Under the pieces are notes generated by a model. The model had not been told where the DNA came from, did no database searches, and worked only from the letters and a program-made list of their open reading frames with translations. DNA of 64,000 bases from Candidatus Obscuribacterales bacterium (GTDB lineage Bacteria; Cyanobacteriota; Vampirovibrionia; Obscuribacterales; Obscuribacteraceae). Within the stretch, counting starts at the first letter, position 1, and the number at the start of each line of letters is the position of its first letter. A program made the translations under genes and the position numbers. The DNA lies in NCBI GenBank assembly GCA_965228855.1, contig CBDDIJ010000003.1, forward strand, positions 2,112,001 to 2,176,000, given 5' to 3'. Shown here in pieces: positions 8,829 to 18,487 of the stretch.

Positions 8829-9998
8829 CTACTCGGGCGAGCCCTTTGCTCGCACGGCTGACACCACTAACAGTATCATAGCCAGAGTCATCAGGAGAGC
8901 GATCACAGCGTACGAACTTTGAATACCTAAACGATCGCCTATTGCTCCCATCGCCAACGGAGTGACCAGAACGGCAGTTCCAGTACTGATGGACATGCGA
9001 CCGGCGGCGAGCCCTGCTTTGTTCTCAGCAGACCCGATTGCCTGTGAATAGCTCAGGGGGTAGATGTTGGACATACCCAAACCTGTCAGTCCCAACCCAA
9101 TTAAAGAGACCATAGGAGTCGGGCCGAGCCAATAGATTAGAAAACCAACCAACGCCAGCATTGACACAACTGCTAGAAGTGGACCGAGCTTATACGTGCG
9201 AGCAAGTTTCAGCCCGATAACGCGACCAAGGAGCATGGTAACAAGAAAAATGCTGATACATCTGATAGCGTCGGCACGCACAAGATGTTTAGCTCTTTCA
9301 AGAAATTCTGATGTCCAGTAAATAATCGACCACTCACTGGCCACCGCAAACCAGATTACAAACCAGAAAAACCAATACCGTGTTGGCAGTTTTCCCCCGG
9401 CGAAACCGCCAGTAGCGGCTGCAGAATAAGGAGTAAAAACAGTTCGCGCGTAAATCCAGAACGCAAAAAAGGCAAGCAGCGGCACCAGTAAAGCGGCACG
9501 CCAGGTCAAATGGCAATCGATGAATTGCCCCATCAGCAGAGGCGCGGCGAATGCAAATAGACTGCCACAGATATTCGCTTCCGTGATACCAATGCTGCGA
9601 TTTGGTCCGAAACGCTCCGACATTATGGAGACGATTCCTTGCCCCATAGTGCTACCACAGGCGCCACCAAGAACTCCGGAACCGATTGTGAAAAACTCAT
9701 GCTTTGCCACTAGTAGAACAATGACTGCGGTACACAATCCAGCGGCACAAGTCCATATCGCCCGTGAACATCCGAGTTTCCGAATAATTATATTCCCGAA
9801 GGAACCGGCGGTAATACCACCCAATGCCCAGGCGCTGAAATGCAAAGAACTTACGGTGTAGTTCAAGTGCAACTCGTCCCTAAGGTAAGGAACCACGGGC
9901 GACATTGAGGACAACGTCAAACAATAGGTTCCGATCAGCAGATATCCGATCCACGTAGTCTTATCGCGCAGGAAATCGTGCTGGTTTAAGGAATTCAA
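8829..9998 (-). CDS. MFS transporter
   Basis: About 12 hydrophobic segments in two halves. Motif-A-like 'GNIIIRKLGCSR'. Confidence 0.88.
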   Translation of the reverse strand: MNSLNQHDFLRDKTTWIGYLLIGTYCLTLSSMSPVVPYLRDELHLNYTVSSLHFSAWALGGITAGSFGNIIIRKLGCSRAIWTCAAGLCTAVIVLLVAKHEFFTIGSGVLGGACGSTMGQGIVSIMSERFGPNRSIGITEANICGSLFAFAAPLLMGQFIDCHLTWRAALLVPLLAFFAFWIYARTVFTPYSAAATGGFAGGKLPTRYWFFWFVIWFAVASEWSIIYWTSEFLERAKHLVRADAIRCISIFLVTMLLGRVIGLKLARTYKLGPLLAVVSMLALVGFLIYWLGPTPMVSLIGLGLTGLGMSNIYPLSYSQAIGSAENKAGLAAGRMSISTGTAVLVTPLAMGAIGDRLGIQSSYAVIALLMTLAMILLVVSAVRAKGSPE

Positions 9999-10018
9999 TT
10001 GTGGGCCGCCGGTATGGA

Positions 10019-11302
10019 TTATTGATAAGTCTGTCGATTGTATTGGATGTAACCACCCTGGTGGTGAGAGTTTGTAGTGTGGTGCGTGTAATGTAAAACA
10101 CCACCTTTCTCATTCCAGATATATTCACCACATATGGTGACCGTGTCTCCTTGCTGCAGTGGAACGTAGGGAGCAAGGTCAATATTATGCGCGACCAAAA
10201 CAGTCGTACCGTTCGACAAGCCCAGCAAGAATCGCTGGTGCGGATTGCCTTTGCGGTCGTCAGGCAAAAGACGCTTTACTCTCGCCGTCGCGGTAATCCT
10301 GACGTTTTTTGCTCGCTGATTTTGCGCAGTAACGAGCGACAAGTCATCACACGAATCCATTCCGGCAGAATCATACGACGGTGCGTATTGAGAAGGCCCA
10401 TCGTATGCCGCTCCCGGTGTTTGCCCCTGCAAGATATTCTTCCGCTCCGGTGAATTCTGAGGCGGCGTCCGGAACAGCATCACCTGCTGCCGATCAGGAG
10501 ATAAACGGTTCGCCGGCGATGACATCATTGCTGGAGTCTGGAGCTGCGCCGGCTGGCGCGACAAAACCTGCGGATGTACTCCAACACTCGCTCGCCGTCG
10601 TGCCGGGCCATGCCCGGAGTTTGGTTCCGAAGTCATTTGCGATGGCTGCAAGGTAGCCGGCTTCATAGGTTGGACCGAGCCGATGCCTGCCGGTGGGCAG
10701 CCAAAGCCCTGGGAAACATTTTGCGGAGCTGGATGCGTTTCCAAAATCGGTTTCTGCGCTGGTGTTTCCATGAACACCGTCGTTCTGCCGTTCTCAGATT
10801 TACCGAACGCAGACGAATCTGTAGAGTCTGGTCGCAGATGAGCTAACGGCGCCTGCGCCGAGGACGGCATTGAGCTAAGTTCAAGAGAACTCGCGCTCTG
10901 GTTTACAGCACTTACGTTCTGATTGGCTGCTCGTTTCGCATGATCTTCGGCTTGATCCGCAGCCAGCTCGGAAGGCGTGCCCGGTGAACCGTAAGGTGTA
11001 GTGGATGCTGGCAAGGCAGAAGCGGAATTACCTTGAGCGACTTCCGCATGAGTCTCCGGCGAGCCGAATGTGGGATCAAAATTCTCCTGCCGGCCGTCTA
11101 AGTCTCGCGTGCCCTTTGGCAAAGGAGTCACTAGCCTGGCAGCCTTCCGTTCCGCATTTTCAGCGTTCAACTTGACAGGAGAAAAGTTTCCTACTCGTGA
11201 AGCAAAGCTGTTCGGGTCTTTCGAGACATTTGGTATGCCGGCACAGCCACTCAAAACGAGGGTGCACAAGAGCGCAAGGATTGGTATATACGGAGGACGC
11301 AT
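10019..11302 (-). CDS. Lipoprotein with disordered linker and C-terminal DUF3465 domain
   Basis: Lipobox 'LSGC'. C-terminal 'LLPDD..G.PHQRF...VLVAHNIDLAP...GEY.WNEKGGVLHYTH' is typical of DUF3465. Confidence 0.82.
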   Translation of the reverse strand: MRPPYIPILALLCTLVLSGCAGIPNVSKDPNSFASRVGNFSPVKLNAENAERKAARLVTPLPKGTRDLDGRQENFDPTFGSPETHAEVAQGNSASALPASTTPYGSPGTPSELAADQAEDHAKRAANQNVSAVNQSASSLELSSMPSSAQAPLAHLRPDSTDSSAFGKSENGRTTVFMETPAQKPILETHPAPQNVSQGFGCPPAGIGSVQPMKPATLQPSQMTSEPNSGHGPARRRASVGVHPQVLSRQPAQLQTPAMMSSPANRLSPDRQQVMLFRTPPQNSPERKNILQGQTPGAAYDGPSQYAPSYDSAGMDSCDDLSLVTAQNQRAKNVRITATARVKRLLPDDRKGNPHQRFLLGLSNGTTVLVAHNIDLAPYVPLQQGDTVTICGEYIWNEKGGVLHYTHHTTNSHHQGGYIQYNRQTYQ

Positions 11303-11485
11303 AACGGTATCCTAACTTATGAAAGACATTTTTGTTTTCACCGGGTCGAGCCACGAGATCGACTAGTACCGCGAATATCGACCGAGATCGCCGCATCAAG
11401 CGACTTGCACCGTGGTATATAGTGATTGCATAAGGCTTAAAACTAGTCTACGGTTTAGTTTACTCAGTCAGCCCTATTAAACAAG

Positions 11486-12574
11486 ATGCTATCAACCATT
11501 TATTTAACTGGAGATTCGGTCAACGCCCACGACTTGATGGGCGAATTAGCTTCCTCTGATTGGCGTTCTTCGGCAGTTCAGAAGCTTGAAACTCACGGCT
11601 TGCGCGTTGTCAATCCGCTCGAATTAGCCTGGGCGATGCAAGAGATTCGTGAACCGTTGGACATCAGCGATTCGGCCAACAAGAAAGTGCGCCGAGCGCT
11701 TGACTTGATCGACGAATGTGACGCGCTTCTAGCCAATATCGAACGCTCGAGCTACGGCACCGCGATGGAAATGTTCTATGCCCACAGGCGCGGAAAAATG
11801 GTGACTGTCATTGGCCCGTCGCCGTACAGCCCATGGGTCGTGACTCACTCTCAGGCGCGCTTCAACGACATGGAAGGTGCGCTCAATTATCTTATCGACA
11901 ACAATCCGGATGTAGCCCCACTGACCTGGGCGTTGCAGTACGAGGCGCAACTCTCGGAACGCTACGAACAAATGCCACCGCCGGGAGAACCAGATTACAA
12001 ATTCTTGGGTGGCAGTTTGCCAGTGCTGGTGCTGGCTCCGCATGCGACCGCCTACTGGCGCGAAGGCGAGTTCAAAGGACAGGATTCATTCACTGGCTCG
12101 CTTGCATCCATCTGCAATCGCCTATCCATGTGCCATTCCATGCTTACCAACTATTGCTGCGCTGCGGACCCAGGTTGGTATTTAGAAACACCATTCCGCC
12201 GGGCGTTGACTGACATAGTCCGTGCAGGCAAGGTCGGTCTAGTTATGATGGTACTGGGAAGCAGTTGGGAAGAGGCCCCCGGTCTACAGGTTTCAAGTTA
12301 CGGTCCCACGGAAGAAGCTTGCCACCCGTTCATAAATCTGATCACCGAAAAACTTTCCAAGCTAGAACCAGTGGTTCCCGGCAGCTACGACCATCCAGTG
12401 CGGCCGCTCGCGCTGTTTATCTCCGAGGTTCTAGGAGTGCCGACAATTATAGTGCGCTTGCACAAGCGCTACCGGATGCCTCGCTTACAGCCACAACCTT
12501 TTTCAAAAGTCGCAGGTTTGCTATCCGAATTTGCCTCGGAAATCGGCGTAGAATTGGCTCGGAGTCAAGCTTAG
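11486..12574 (+). CDS. Nucleoside 2-deoxyribosyltransferase/hydrolase-like domain fused to an N-formylglutamate-amidohydrolase-like domain
   Basis: N-terminus 'IYLTG...WR...VVNP...CDALLA...SYGTAME..YA...GK'. C-terminus 'PVLVLAPHA...D.FTG...DP'. Confidence 0.6.
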   Translation: MLSTIYLTGDSVNAHDLMGELASSDWRSSAVQKLETHGLRVVNPLELAWAMQEIREPLDISDSANKKVRRALDLIDECDALLANIERSSYGTAMEMFYAHRRGKMVTVIGPSPYSPWVVTHSQARFNDMEGALNYLIDNNPDVAPLTWALQYEAQLSERYEQMPPPGEPDYKFLGGSLPVLVLAPHATAYWREGEFKGQDSFTGSLASICNRLSMCHSMLTNYCCAADPGWYLETPFRRALTDIVRAGKVGLVMMVLGSSWEEAPGLQVSSYGPTEEACHPFINLITEKLSKLEPVVPGSYDHPVRPLALFISEVLGVPTIIVRLHKRYRMPRLQPQPFSKVAGLLSEFASEIGVELARSQA

Positions 12575-12889
12575 ATGCCCGGCGAACTAGTAGCACTCGT
12601 AACTTGTCCGCCGGATCAAGCAGAGGTCATTGCCAAATCGATCGTCGAAAGCCGACTGGCAGCTTGCGTTAACATTCTGCCGGGAATCACTTCTATATAC
12701 TCCTGGGAAGGCGCTATACACAAGGACCCGGAGACACTACTCATAATAAAAACCAATCGCGCTTTTTATGACGCTTTTGAGACTAAAATCAAAGAGATAC
12801 ATCCATACGATGTGCCTGAGATAATTTGTGTACCGATAGAACTGGGCAGTCAAGCCTATCTAAGCTGGCTAAACCAATCAATAGGCTGA
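12575..12889 (+). CDS. cutA: Divalent-cation tolerance protein CutA
   Basis: 'LAACVNILPGITSIYSWEG', 'HPYDVPEI'. Confidence 0.95.
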   Translation: MPGELVALVTCPPDQAEVIAKSIVESRLAACVNILPGITSIYSWEGAIHKDPETLLIIKTNRAFYDAFETKIKEIHPYDVPEIICVPIELGSQAYLSWLNQSIG

Positions 12890-12901
12890 AAGGAGTTCGC
12901 G

Positions 12902-14761
12902 TTGGCTGACACTGATGCAACTATCATCGACAGATTCTGGAGCCGCGTAAGCGAGACGCCTGACCGTACAGCGATCATGTACAAAGCTGATGGCAAGTAC
13001 CATTCGGTAAGCTGGCGAGACCATGGAAAAACCGTTGAGAGTCTTTCGGCTGCATTAATCAAACACGGATTACAGCCGGATGACAAAGTCGGAATTCTCT
13101 CCGGAAATCGGCAACACTGGACCTGGGCTGATTTAGCCATTCTTTCCGCGCGCGGCGTCACGGTTCCTGTTTATCCAACACTGGGTGCAGAGGAAGTTTC
13201 ATACGTTCTTGAACATAGCGACGTCACGGCAGTATTTGTTGAAAACGCTCGCCAGCTGGAGAAAATCAGTACTCCCTCATCAACCAACCCTGGGAAACTG
13301 AAACTGGTAGTCATCATGGACGGTGCCGCATCAAATGCGGAACCGCTGCTCGAGATCAAGTCGTGGGACGACTTCGTCAAAGAAGGTGCAGACTGTCTCT
13401 CAGAAATTGGAGACCAAGTTCGTCAGCGTCGCGAGAATATCGATCCGGAATCGGTCGCGACGATCGTTTACACATCAGGCACTACCGGCTTGCCCAAGGG
13501 TGTCATGCTCTTGCACCGAAACATTTATTCGGTACTTGGAGCAATGAGCGACATGGTGGACTTCAACGAAGATGACCTCGCTTTGTCATTCTTGCCGCTG
13601 GCTCATGTGTATGAACGAGTCGGCGGACAGTTTCTGTCCACTTATTTAGGTATTCCATTTGCATACGCCGAGTCGATGGAACAGGTCGCAAACAATCTGC
13701 AGGAAGTCAGACCAACGTTTCTAAACGCAGTGCCTCGATTCTACGAAAAGGTCTATGCCAGAGTGCAAGGACAAATTCGCCAGATGCCGCCAGCGCAGCA
13801 AGGTTTTGTCCGCTGGGCCATCGCCCTCGGCAAGCGCGCGACAAAACAAAAGATGGAAGCGAAGCATGACACAAGTATTCTCGATCAGCTTTATAAAGCC
13901 GAACTGAGAATTGCCGATCGGTTGGTATTCCGAAAAATCAGAGAGCGCTTCGGTGGTCGGTTACGCATGATGACTTCGGGCGCGGCACCGCTCGCTAACG
14001 ATGTCCATATCTTCTTCGAAGCGCTAGGCATGCCGATTGTAGAAGGGTACGGTTTGACAGAAACCAGCGCGCCTTTATGCGTTAATAAACCGAGCGACAA
14101 TCATTTTAAAACTGTTGGAAGACCGCTCGCAGGCGTCGAGGTTAAACTGAATCCCGATGGCGAACTTTTAGTAAAAGGACCTAACGTTTTTAAAGGCTAT
14201 TACAAAAACGAGGAAGCCACTGCGGCGGCGTTTGAAGACGGATGGTTTAAAACCGGTGATATTGCCAGAATTGACGAACAAGGCTATATAACGATCACCG
14301 ATCGGAAGAAAGACATCATCATCACCGCTGGTGGCAAACATGTCGCACCGCAATTTATTGAAAACTTGTTCAAAGACGAACCGCTAATCAACCATGTCAT
14401 CGCATATGGTGACAGGCGAAAATACATTACCGGTTTGATCACGCTCAACCCTGATGGACTCAAGAGCTTCGCAGCCAGTAAATCGCTGAGCTACAAAGAC
14501 ATCAAGGAACTCTGTCAGAACCCGACAGTCCGCAAAGAGATTGAACGAGTAGTTCACGACAAAAATCAAAATCTGGCGCGGTTTCAGCGCATCAAGAAAT
14601 TTGTGATTCTGGATAAAGAGCTGACTATCGAAGACAATGATTTGACGCCCACCTTGAAGGTGAAGCGTAAAGTCGTCACCGAGAAATATCGAAAGGAATT
14701 GGACGAACTCTACGAAGCAGAGGATCTCGAAGCGCAGGAAACTGCCGAGGTCGACGCGTAA
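12902..14761 (+). CDS. Long-chain fatty acid-CoA/ACP ligase (FadD15/Aas-like)
   Basis: 'YTSGTTGLPKG', 'SFLPLAHVYER', 'EGYGLTET', 'WFKTGD', 'DRKKD', 'TPTLKVKR'. Confidence 0.92.
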   Translation: MADTDATIIDRFWSRVSETPDRTAIMYKADGKYHSVSWRDHGKTVESLSAALIKHGLQPDDKVGILSGNRQHWTWADLAILSARGVTVPVYPTLGAEEVSYVLEHSDVTAVFVENARQLEKISTPSSTNPGKLKLVVIMDGAASNAEPLLEIKSWDDFVKEGADCLSEIGDQVRQRRENIDPESVATIVYTSGTTGLPKGVMLLHRNIYSVLGAMSDMVDFNEDDLALSFLPLAHVYERVGGQFLSTYLGIPFAYAESMEQVANNLQEVRPTFLNAVPRFYEKVYARVQGQIRQMPPAQQGFVRWAIALGKRATKQKMEAKHDTSILDQLYKAELRIADRLVFRKIRERFGGRLRMMTSGAAPLANDVHIFFEALGMPIVEGYGLTETSAPLCVNKPSDNHFKTVGRPLAGVEVKLNPDGELLVKGPNVFKGYYKNEEATAAAFEDGWFKTGDIARIDEQGYITITDRKKDIIITAGGKHVAPQFIENLFKDEPLINHVIAYGDRRKYITGLITLNPDGLKSFAASKSLSYKDIKELCQNPTVRKEIERVVHDKNQNLARFQRIKKFVILDKELTIEDNDLTPTLKVKRKVVTEKYRKELDELYEAEDLEAQETAEVDA

Positions 14762-14780
14762 CGGCCAATGAGATAGGTGC

Positions 14781-15269
14781 TCAGTGGGGATGTGACGCGA
14801 AGATTGCGCGAAGAAACAGCCAAATAATGAATACTAAGAGACCCGTCTGTGTGAGCAGCATTAACATACAAGGAACGAAGACGTATTTTAGCAATCGAGC
14901 CTCTTCGGCTCGATGACGCTCAGTTGAAGGAAATTTTGAGCGGTTGCTTACAGCGAGAGTGCGAGTAGCAAGAATTCTATCGTTCGTTGCTGATGACTTC
15001 TCAACTAGTACTTTTTCTGTTCGGTTGTCCGAAGCATCTTCCCGTGGAAAGTCTTGTTGGTGCCGATAGGAAAAGTTGCTCCAAGCGTTAGACTCGCCTC
15101 CTGCAACTATAGTTGAGCATGCGGGACACTTCAAAATCTCAACGGCAAAAATCGTCCCGCACTGTGTGCAAGTGTGCGTCCTAACCGCGTCGAGCTTTTT
15201 GTGTTCGGCCAATTCGGTCGGACTCAACTCGTCCGCCCGGCGTCCAAGTCTCTTTTGCTCATTGGTCAT
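14781..15269 (-). CDS. Hypothetical protein with zinc ribbon and C-terminal TM helix
   Basis: 'CTQC...CPAC' plus a hydrophobic C-terminus. Confidence 0.6.
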   Translation of the reverse strand: MTNEQKRLGRRADELSPTELAEHKKLDAVRTHTCTQCGTIFAVEILKCPACSTIVAGGESNAWSNFSYRHQQDFPREDASDNRTEKVLVEKSSATNDRILATRTLAVSNRSKFPSTERHRAEEARLLKYVFVPCMLMLLTQTGLLVFIIWLFLRAIFASHPH

Positions 15270-15539
15270 AAAACCATCTTGCCACTGCTTCCAAGTCTTG
15301 TAAATCCGGCGCAGGGGTGAAAACCGTGTGGTCGAAGCCTCGAAAATTTGGCAAAATTCTCTATATATCGATAGTTCTAGATTAAAAAGCTATTTACATT
15401 CGCTTGGCAACTAATTACAATACTGTCGGCAGCTTATATGCCGTTCCATGGACCTCCGCTCTTCTAAGCGGCTCTCCCCTTACTAAATTATCCGACCGGA
15501 CGCGGTTTGCTGGTTTTCCAGCCACGAGGAAAAGAACTT

Positions 15540-16550
15540 ATGTTTGATTCGATAGGACGAGGCTTTAGGCTAATCTGGGCCAGCATCAAGATGGGCTGGC
15601 ACGACAAACGCCTCTTGGTCCCGTCCATAATCACAGTCGTGATGAACATCTTCTTCGCCATCCTGATGTTTGTCCAGGCAAAGAGCAACTTCGGCGGCAA
15701 GTCTGAAGTCGCTGGCAAATTTATGCAACAGGGTCAGAGCCTTCTTCAAGGCGGTCCGGGCGGTGCGCACGGTCTAGCCGGCATGACCGGACTCAACGGA
15801 CCGATGGATCCCTCGGGGCTCGGCGCGGCGATGGGCAACGTCAGCCAGGACAATGTGATGGCAGTCACAGGCATACTTTGCGTGTGGTGGCTCACCAACA
15901 GATTCCTCGAAGGCGTCACGACCGCGCTGGTATACAGCCATCTGACCGAAGGACGAGGTTCCGGCAAATTCGGCGCAGCCGCAAGTGCTGTGTTCACAAG
16001 CCTTCCAGCGATCATCATGCTGGGTTTAGTCACACTAATCGTCAAACGCATTGCAGGCTGGTTGCGCTCTAAGCAGGGAGCAGGCGGCATGTTCGGCTTC
16101 GGCTTTAATTTCCTTGCTGGAATTATGGAAGTATTCTGGACACTGGCGGGTCACATGATCTTGCCGGCAATCGTTATAGAAGGAACATCTTTCTGGGGTG
16201 CGTTGAAACGCGCCGACCGAATCGCGCAGGGCAACCTCCTCACCATCGGTGTAGGCGAAGTCGGCGTTGATGTAATTTGCCGCGTCACGAGCGGAATTGT
16301 TTACGCAATCGGCTTGGGCGGCTTCGGTCTTGCCTATTTTGCGCAGATGAGCGTCAGTTCGCCGGCGATGGTCATCACCGGAATTGCCTGGGCCGCCCTG
16401 GTTCTCGTTATCACGGCTCTATCCATTTATATACGAGCAGCGTTCTACACCTGCCTGTACGTGTGGGCTATCACCGCTGAGGAAGTGGAAGAAGCCATGC
16501 GTGCCGAGATTGCACCGCCAGCTCCGTTGGCAGCTGCACTAGCTCACTAA
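15540..16550 (+). CDS. Multi-pass membrane protein, DUF6159-like
   Basis: ATG 15540 follows GAGGA. 'RGFRL..AS......DKRLL.P', 'LPAIVIEG...ALKR', 'AAFYTCLY' pattern. Confidence 0.65.
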   Translation: MFDSIGRGFRLIWASIKMGWHDKRLLVPSIITVVMNIFFAILMFVQAKSNFGGKSEVAGKFMQQGQSLLQGGPGGAHGLAGMTGLNGPMDPSGLGAAMGNVSQDNVMAVTGILCVWWLTNRFLEGVTTALVYSHLTEGRGSGKFGAAASAVFTSLPAIIMLGLVTLIVKRIAGWLRSKQGAGGMFGFGFNFLAGIMEVFWTLAGHMILPAIVIEGTSFWGALKRADRIAQGNLLTIGVGEVGVDVICRVTSGIVYAIGLGGFGLAYFAQMSVSSPAMVITGIAWAALVLVITALSIYIRAAFYTCLYVWAITAEEVEEAMRAEIAPPAPLAAALAH

Positions 16551-17203
16551 GAGCCTTTCGGAAAGTAGAGTCTGTAGTACTTTTGCTCGCGATAATGGCC
16601 GAAGCGGTCATCCAGTATTTGATGCTCCAGTCGACCCATTGAATTGCTATAGGCAGTGAATCGGTGATTCCGTTGGTCATATTCGCCAACAAAGCCAACG
16701 TGCCGATCGTTGTTACCTGGTTTTCCACTCGTATCGCCGCCCATGCCGACCACTGCGTCACCAGGCTTGATCTCGCTTCTCGGAATTTCCCGGGCTAAGC
16801 CCTGACTTTTCATCACGTCCACCCAGCGGGGAACCAGCACCTGTGTCAATTCTCGATAGTTTGGACTATCGTCAGAGTTGATGAAACGGCCGATGCGCAA
16901 CGCATCGCGATAAACATTTGAAGCTGTCGATGCGCACTGTACCCGAGGTTTCGGATATCGCATCTCCTTCGGAACCCAATCAGGCGTCTCGCCCATCTTA
17001 TTATCCTTCTCACTTTGAAGGACATCCAAAATCTGTCGATTGGCTTCACCACCGGGCTGCACCGGCGCGCCGCGGCGATCAGTTAATGATTGGGTCCAGG
17101 CATCAAGCCTTGCCGCGTCCATGCCAGAATGCTCGGAGCCCGCAAAAGCTGACTTCTGCTCGAAGTTGACCTTTTTTAGATTGTTATCGAATACTTCTGT
17201 CAT
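16547..17203 (-). CDS. NlpC/P60 (CHAP-like) papain-fold protein, probable peptidoglycan hydrolase
   Basis: Cys in 'QCASTAS', 'IKPGDAVV', His in 'HVGFV', polar residue in 'AYSN'. No signal peptide. Confidence 0.6.
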   Translation of the reverse strand: MTEVFDNNLKKVNFEQKSAFAGSEHSGMDAARLDAWTQSLTDRRGAPVQPGGEANRQILDVLQSEKDNKMGETPDWVPKEMRYPKPRVQCASTASNVYRDALRIGRFINSDDSPNYRELTQVLVPRWVDVMKSQGLAREIPRSEIKPGDAVVGMGGDTSGKPGNNDRHVGFVGEYDQRNHRFTAYSNSMGRLEHQILDDRFGHYREQKYYRLYFPKGS

Positions 17204-17305
17204 GCAGCCTTTATACCCAGAACGCCGCGCCACCAAGCGAAGGCGGTCTTTCAGTACGCCTTCGCCAGGAAAGGTGCAGTCGTTATGAAATCGGCGTTCC
17301 GGTTA

Positions 17306-17337
17306 GTTGCAGTTTGGTTGCAACTTCTCTGTAGTCT
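17306..17337 (+). promoter_or_regulatory. GTTGCA direct repeat (11-bp period) with possible -10 TAGTCT in the divergent NlpC/LysM spacer
   Basis: GTTGCA at 17306 and 17317. TAGTCT at 17332-17337. Confidence 0.3.
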
Positions 17338-17385
17338 TGCAGAGTGACTGACGAACACCGCCCAAAATCATGAGGCCACGCTACT

Positions 17386-18423
17386 ATGACTGCTGTAGAA
17401 AGAATTGAACATCAAAATAATGCCGCTGGAGATCGTACGGATTCACCAATTGCAAGAGAGGCGATGCTACTCATGGCGGTCTCTGACTCCCGAGGGGGAG
17501 CAACTCAACGGACAGAACCCCGTTCTCTAACACTGACAAATCCTTATGCTGGTATCGCAGACAGTGCCGTCGGCTCATGCGGTCCGACCACCGATTGCGA
17601 GTCGCGAAGGCAATTCAGACCTGACCCCTCCCTGAGCACTCCGCGTGCACGAGAATGGCAACAACAATCACAACAGCAACGCAGACAAAACCTGGAAGTT
17701 GGGCAAGATGGCCGCTACGAGGTAAAACCGGGCGATAGTTTATGGACGATTGGCGAGCGAGCTGCGCGCGGAGACAGGTCTCAAAGACCGTCGGCCCGTG
17801 AAATTCAAGAGTCGATGCGTCGCATCATCGAAGCGAATCCCGACCTGAAATGCAATCCGAATCTACTAAGACGCGGTCAACGACTGGTTATCCCAGACAA
17901 CGTACGTCCAGAAAACGGAACTCCGCAAGCACCGGAACAACCAAACTCCTCGCATGAAAGCAGACCCGCGGCTCGTCCCAAACCAGAAGTCCCTCCGGCA
18001 CAGCCGGCGCCCGAAGCGCGCCCAGCGCAGCCGGCTCCTGAAGCACGCCCCGCACAGCCAGCTCCCGAAGCACGCCCCGCACAGCCAGCTCCTGAAGCGC
18101 GCCCCGCGCAACCCGCACCTGAAGCACGCCCGGCTCAGCCGGCTCCTGAAGCACGTCCGGCACAGCCGGCGCCCGAAGCACGCCCAGCACAGCCGACTCC
18201 TGAAGGACGCCCAGCACAACCGGCTCCTGAAGCACATCCGGCACAGCCAGTGCCCGAAACACGTCCTGACTCGCTACCAGCGAATCCAGAGTGTCCGCCT
18301 CACGAACGTTCGGAAAAGCCGCGTAAGCCCTATGACTTCAATCCGTTCGATGGACGCTTCCAAAACTTGCCGTTTTTCATCCCGAACGCCGATCTTGAGT
18401 TCCTTCGCAAGCAAAGTAAGTAG
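17386..18423 (+). CDS. LysM-domain protein with Pro/Ala-rich repeat tail
   Basis: 'YEVKPGDSLWTIG...I.EANP...NPNLLRRGQRLVIP'. Confidence 0.85.
   Translation: MTAVERIEHQNNAAGDRTDSPIAREAMLLMAVSDSRGGATQRTEPRSLTLTNPYAGIADSAVGSCGPTTDCESRRQFRPDPSLSTPRAREWQQQSQQQRRQNLEVGQDGRYEVKPGDSLWTIGERAARGDRSQRPSAREIQESMRRIIEANPDLKCNPNLLRRGQRLVIPDNVRPENGTPQAPEQPNSSHESRPAARPKPEVPPAQPAPEARPAQPAPEARPAQPAPEARPAQPAPEARPAQPAPEARPAQPAPEARPAQPAPEARPAQPTPEGRPAQPAPEAHPAQPVPETRPDSLPANPECPPHERSEKPRKPYDFNPFDGRFQNLPFFIPNADLEFLRKQSK
17995..18264 (+). repeat. 10 x 27-bp coding tandem repeat (PAQPAPEAR)
   Basis: 270 bp. Units differ mostly at synonymous positions. Confidence 0.95.
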
Positions 18424-18434
18424 AACCGACGCAT

Positions 18435-18467
18435 CGATTCTAGTTCCAAAACGTGGAACTAGAATCG
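18435..18467. terminator. Perfect 14-bp hairpin between convergent genes (probable bidirectional terminator)
   Basis: CGATTCTAGTTCCA-aaacg-TGGAACTAGAATCG. Confidence 0.7.
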
Positions 18468-18487
18468 CACGGTGATTTTCATTCTAC

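Noticed and set aside
17995..18264. CRISPR-like short repeats (also 47204-47539)
   Set aside because: Head-to-tail in-frame coding repeats without spacers. The long overlapping ORFs in other frames are shadows of the repeat.
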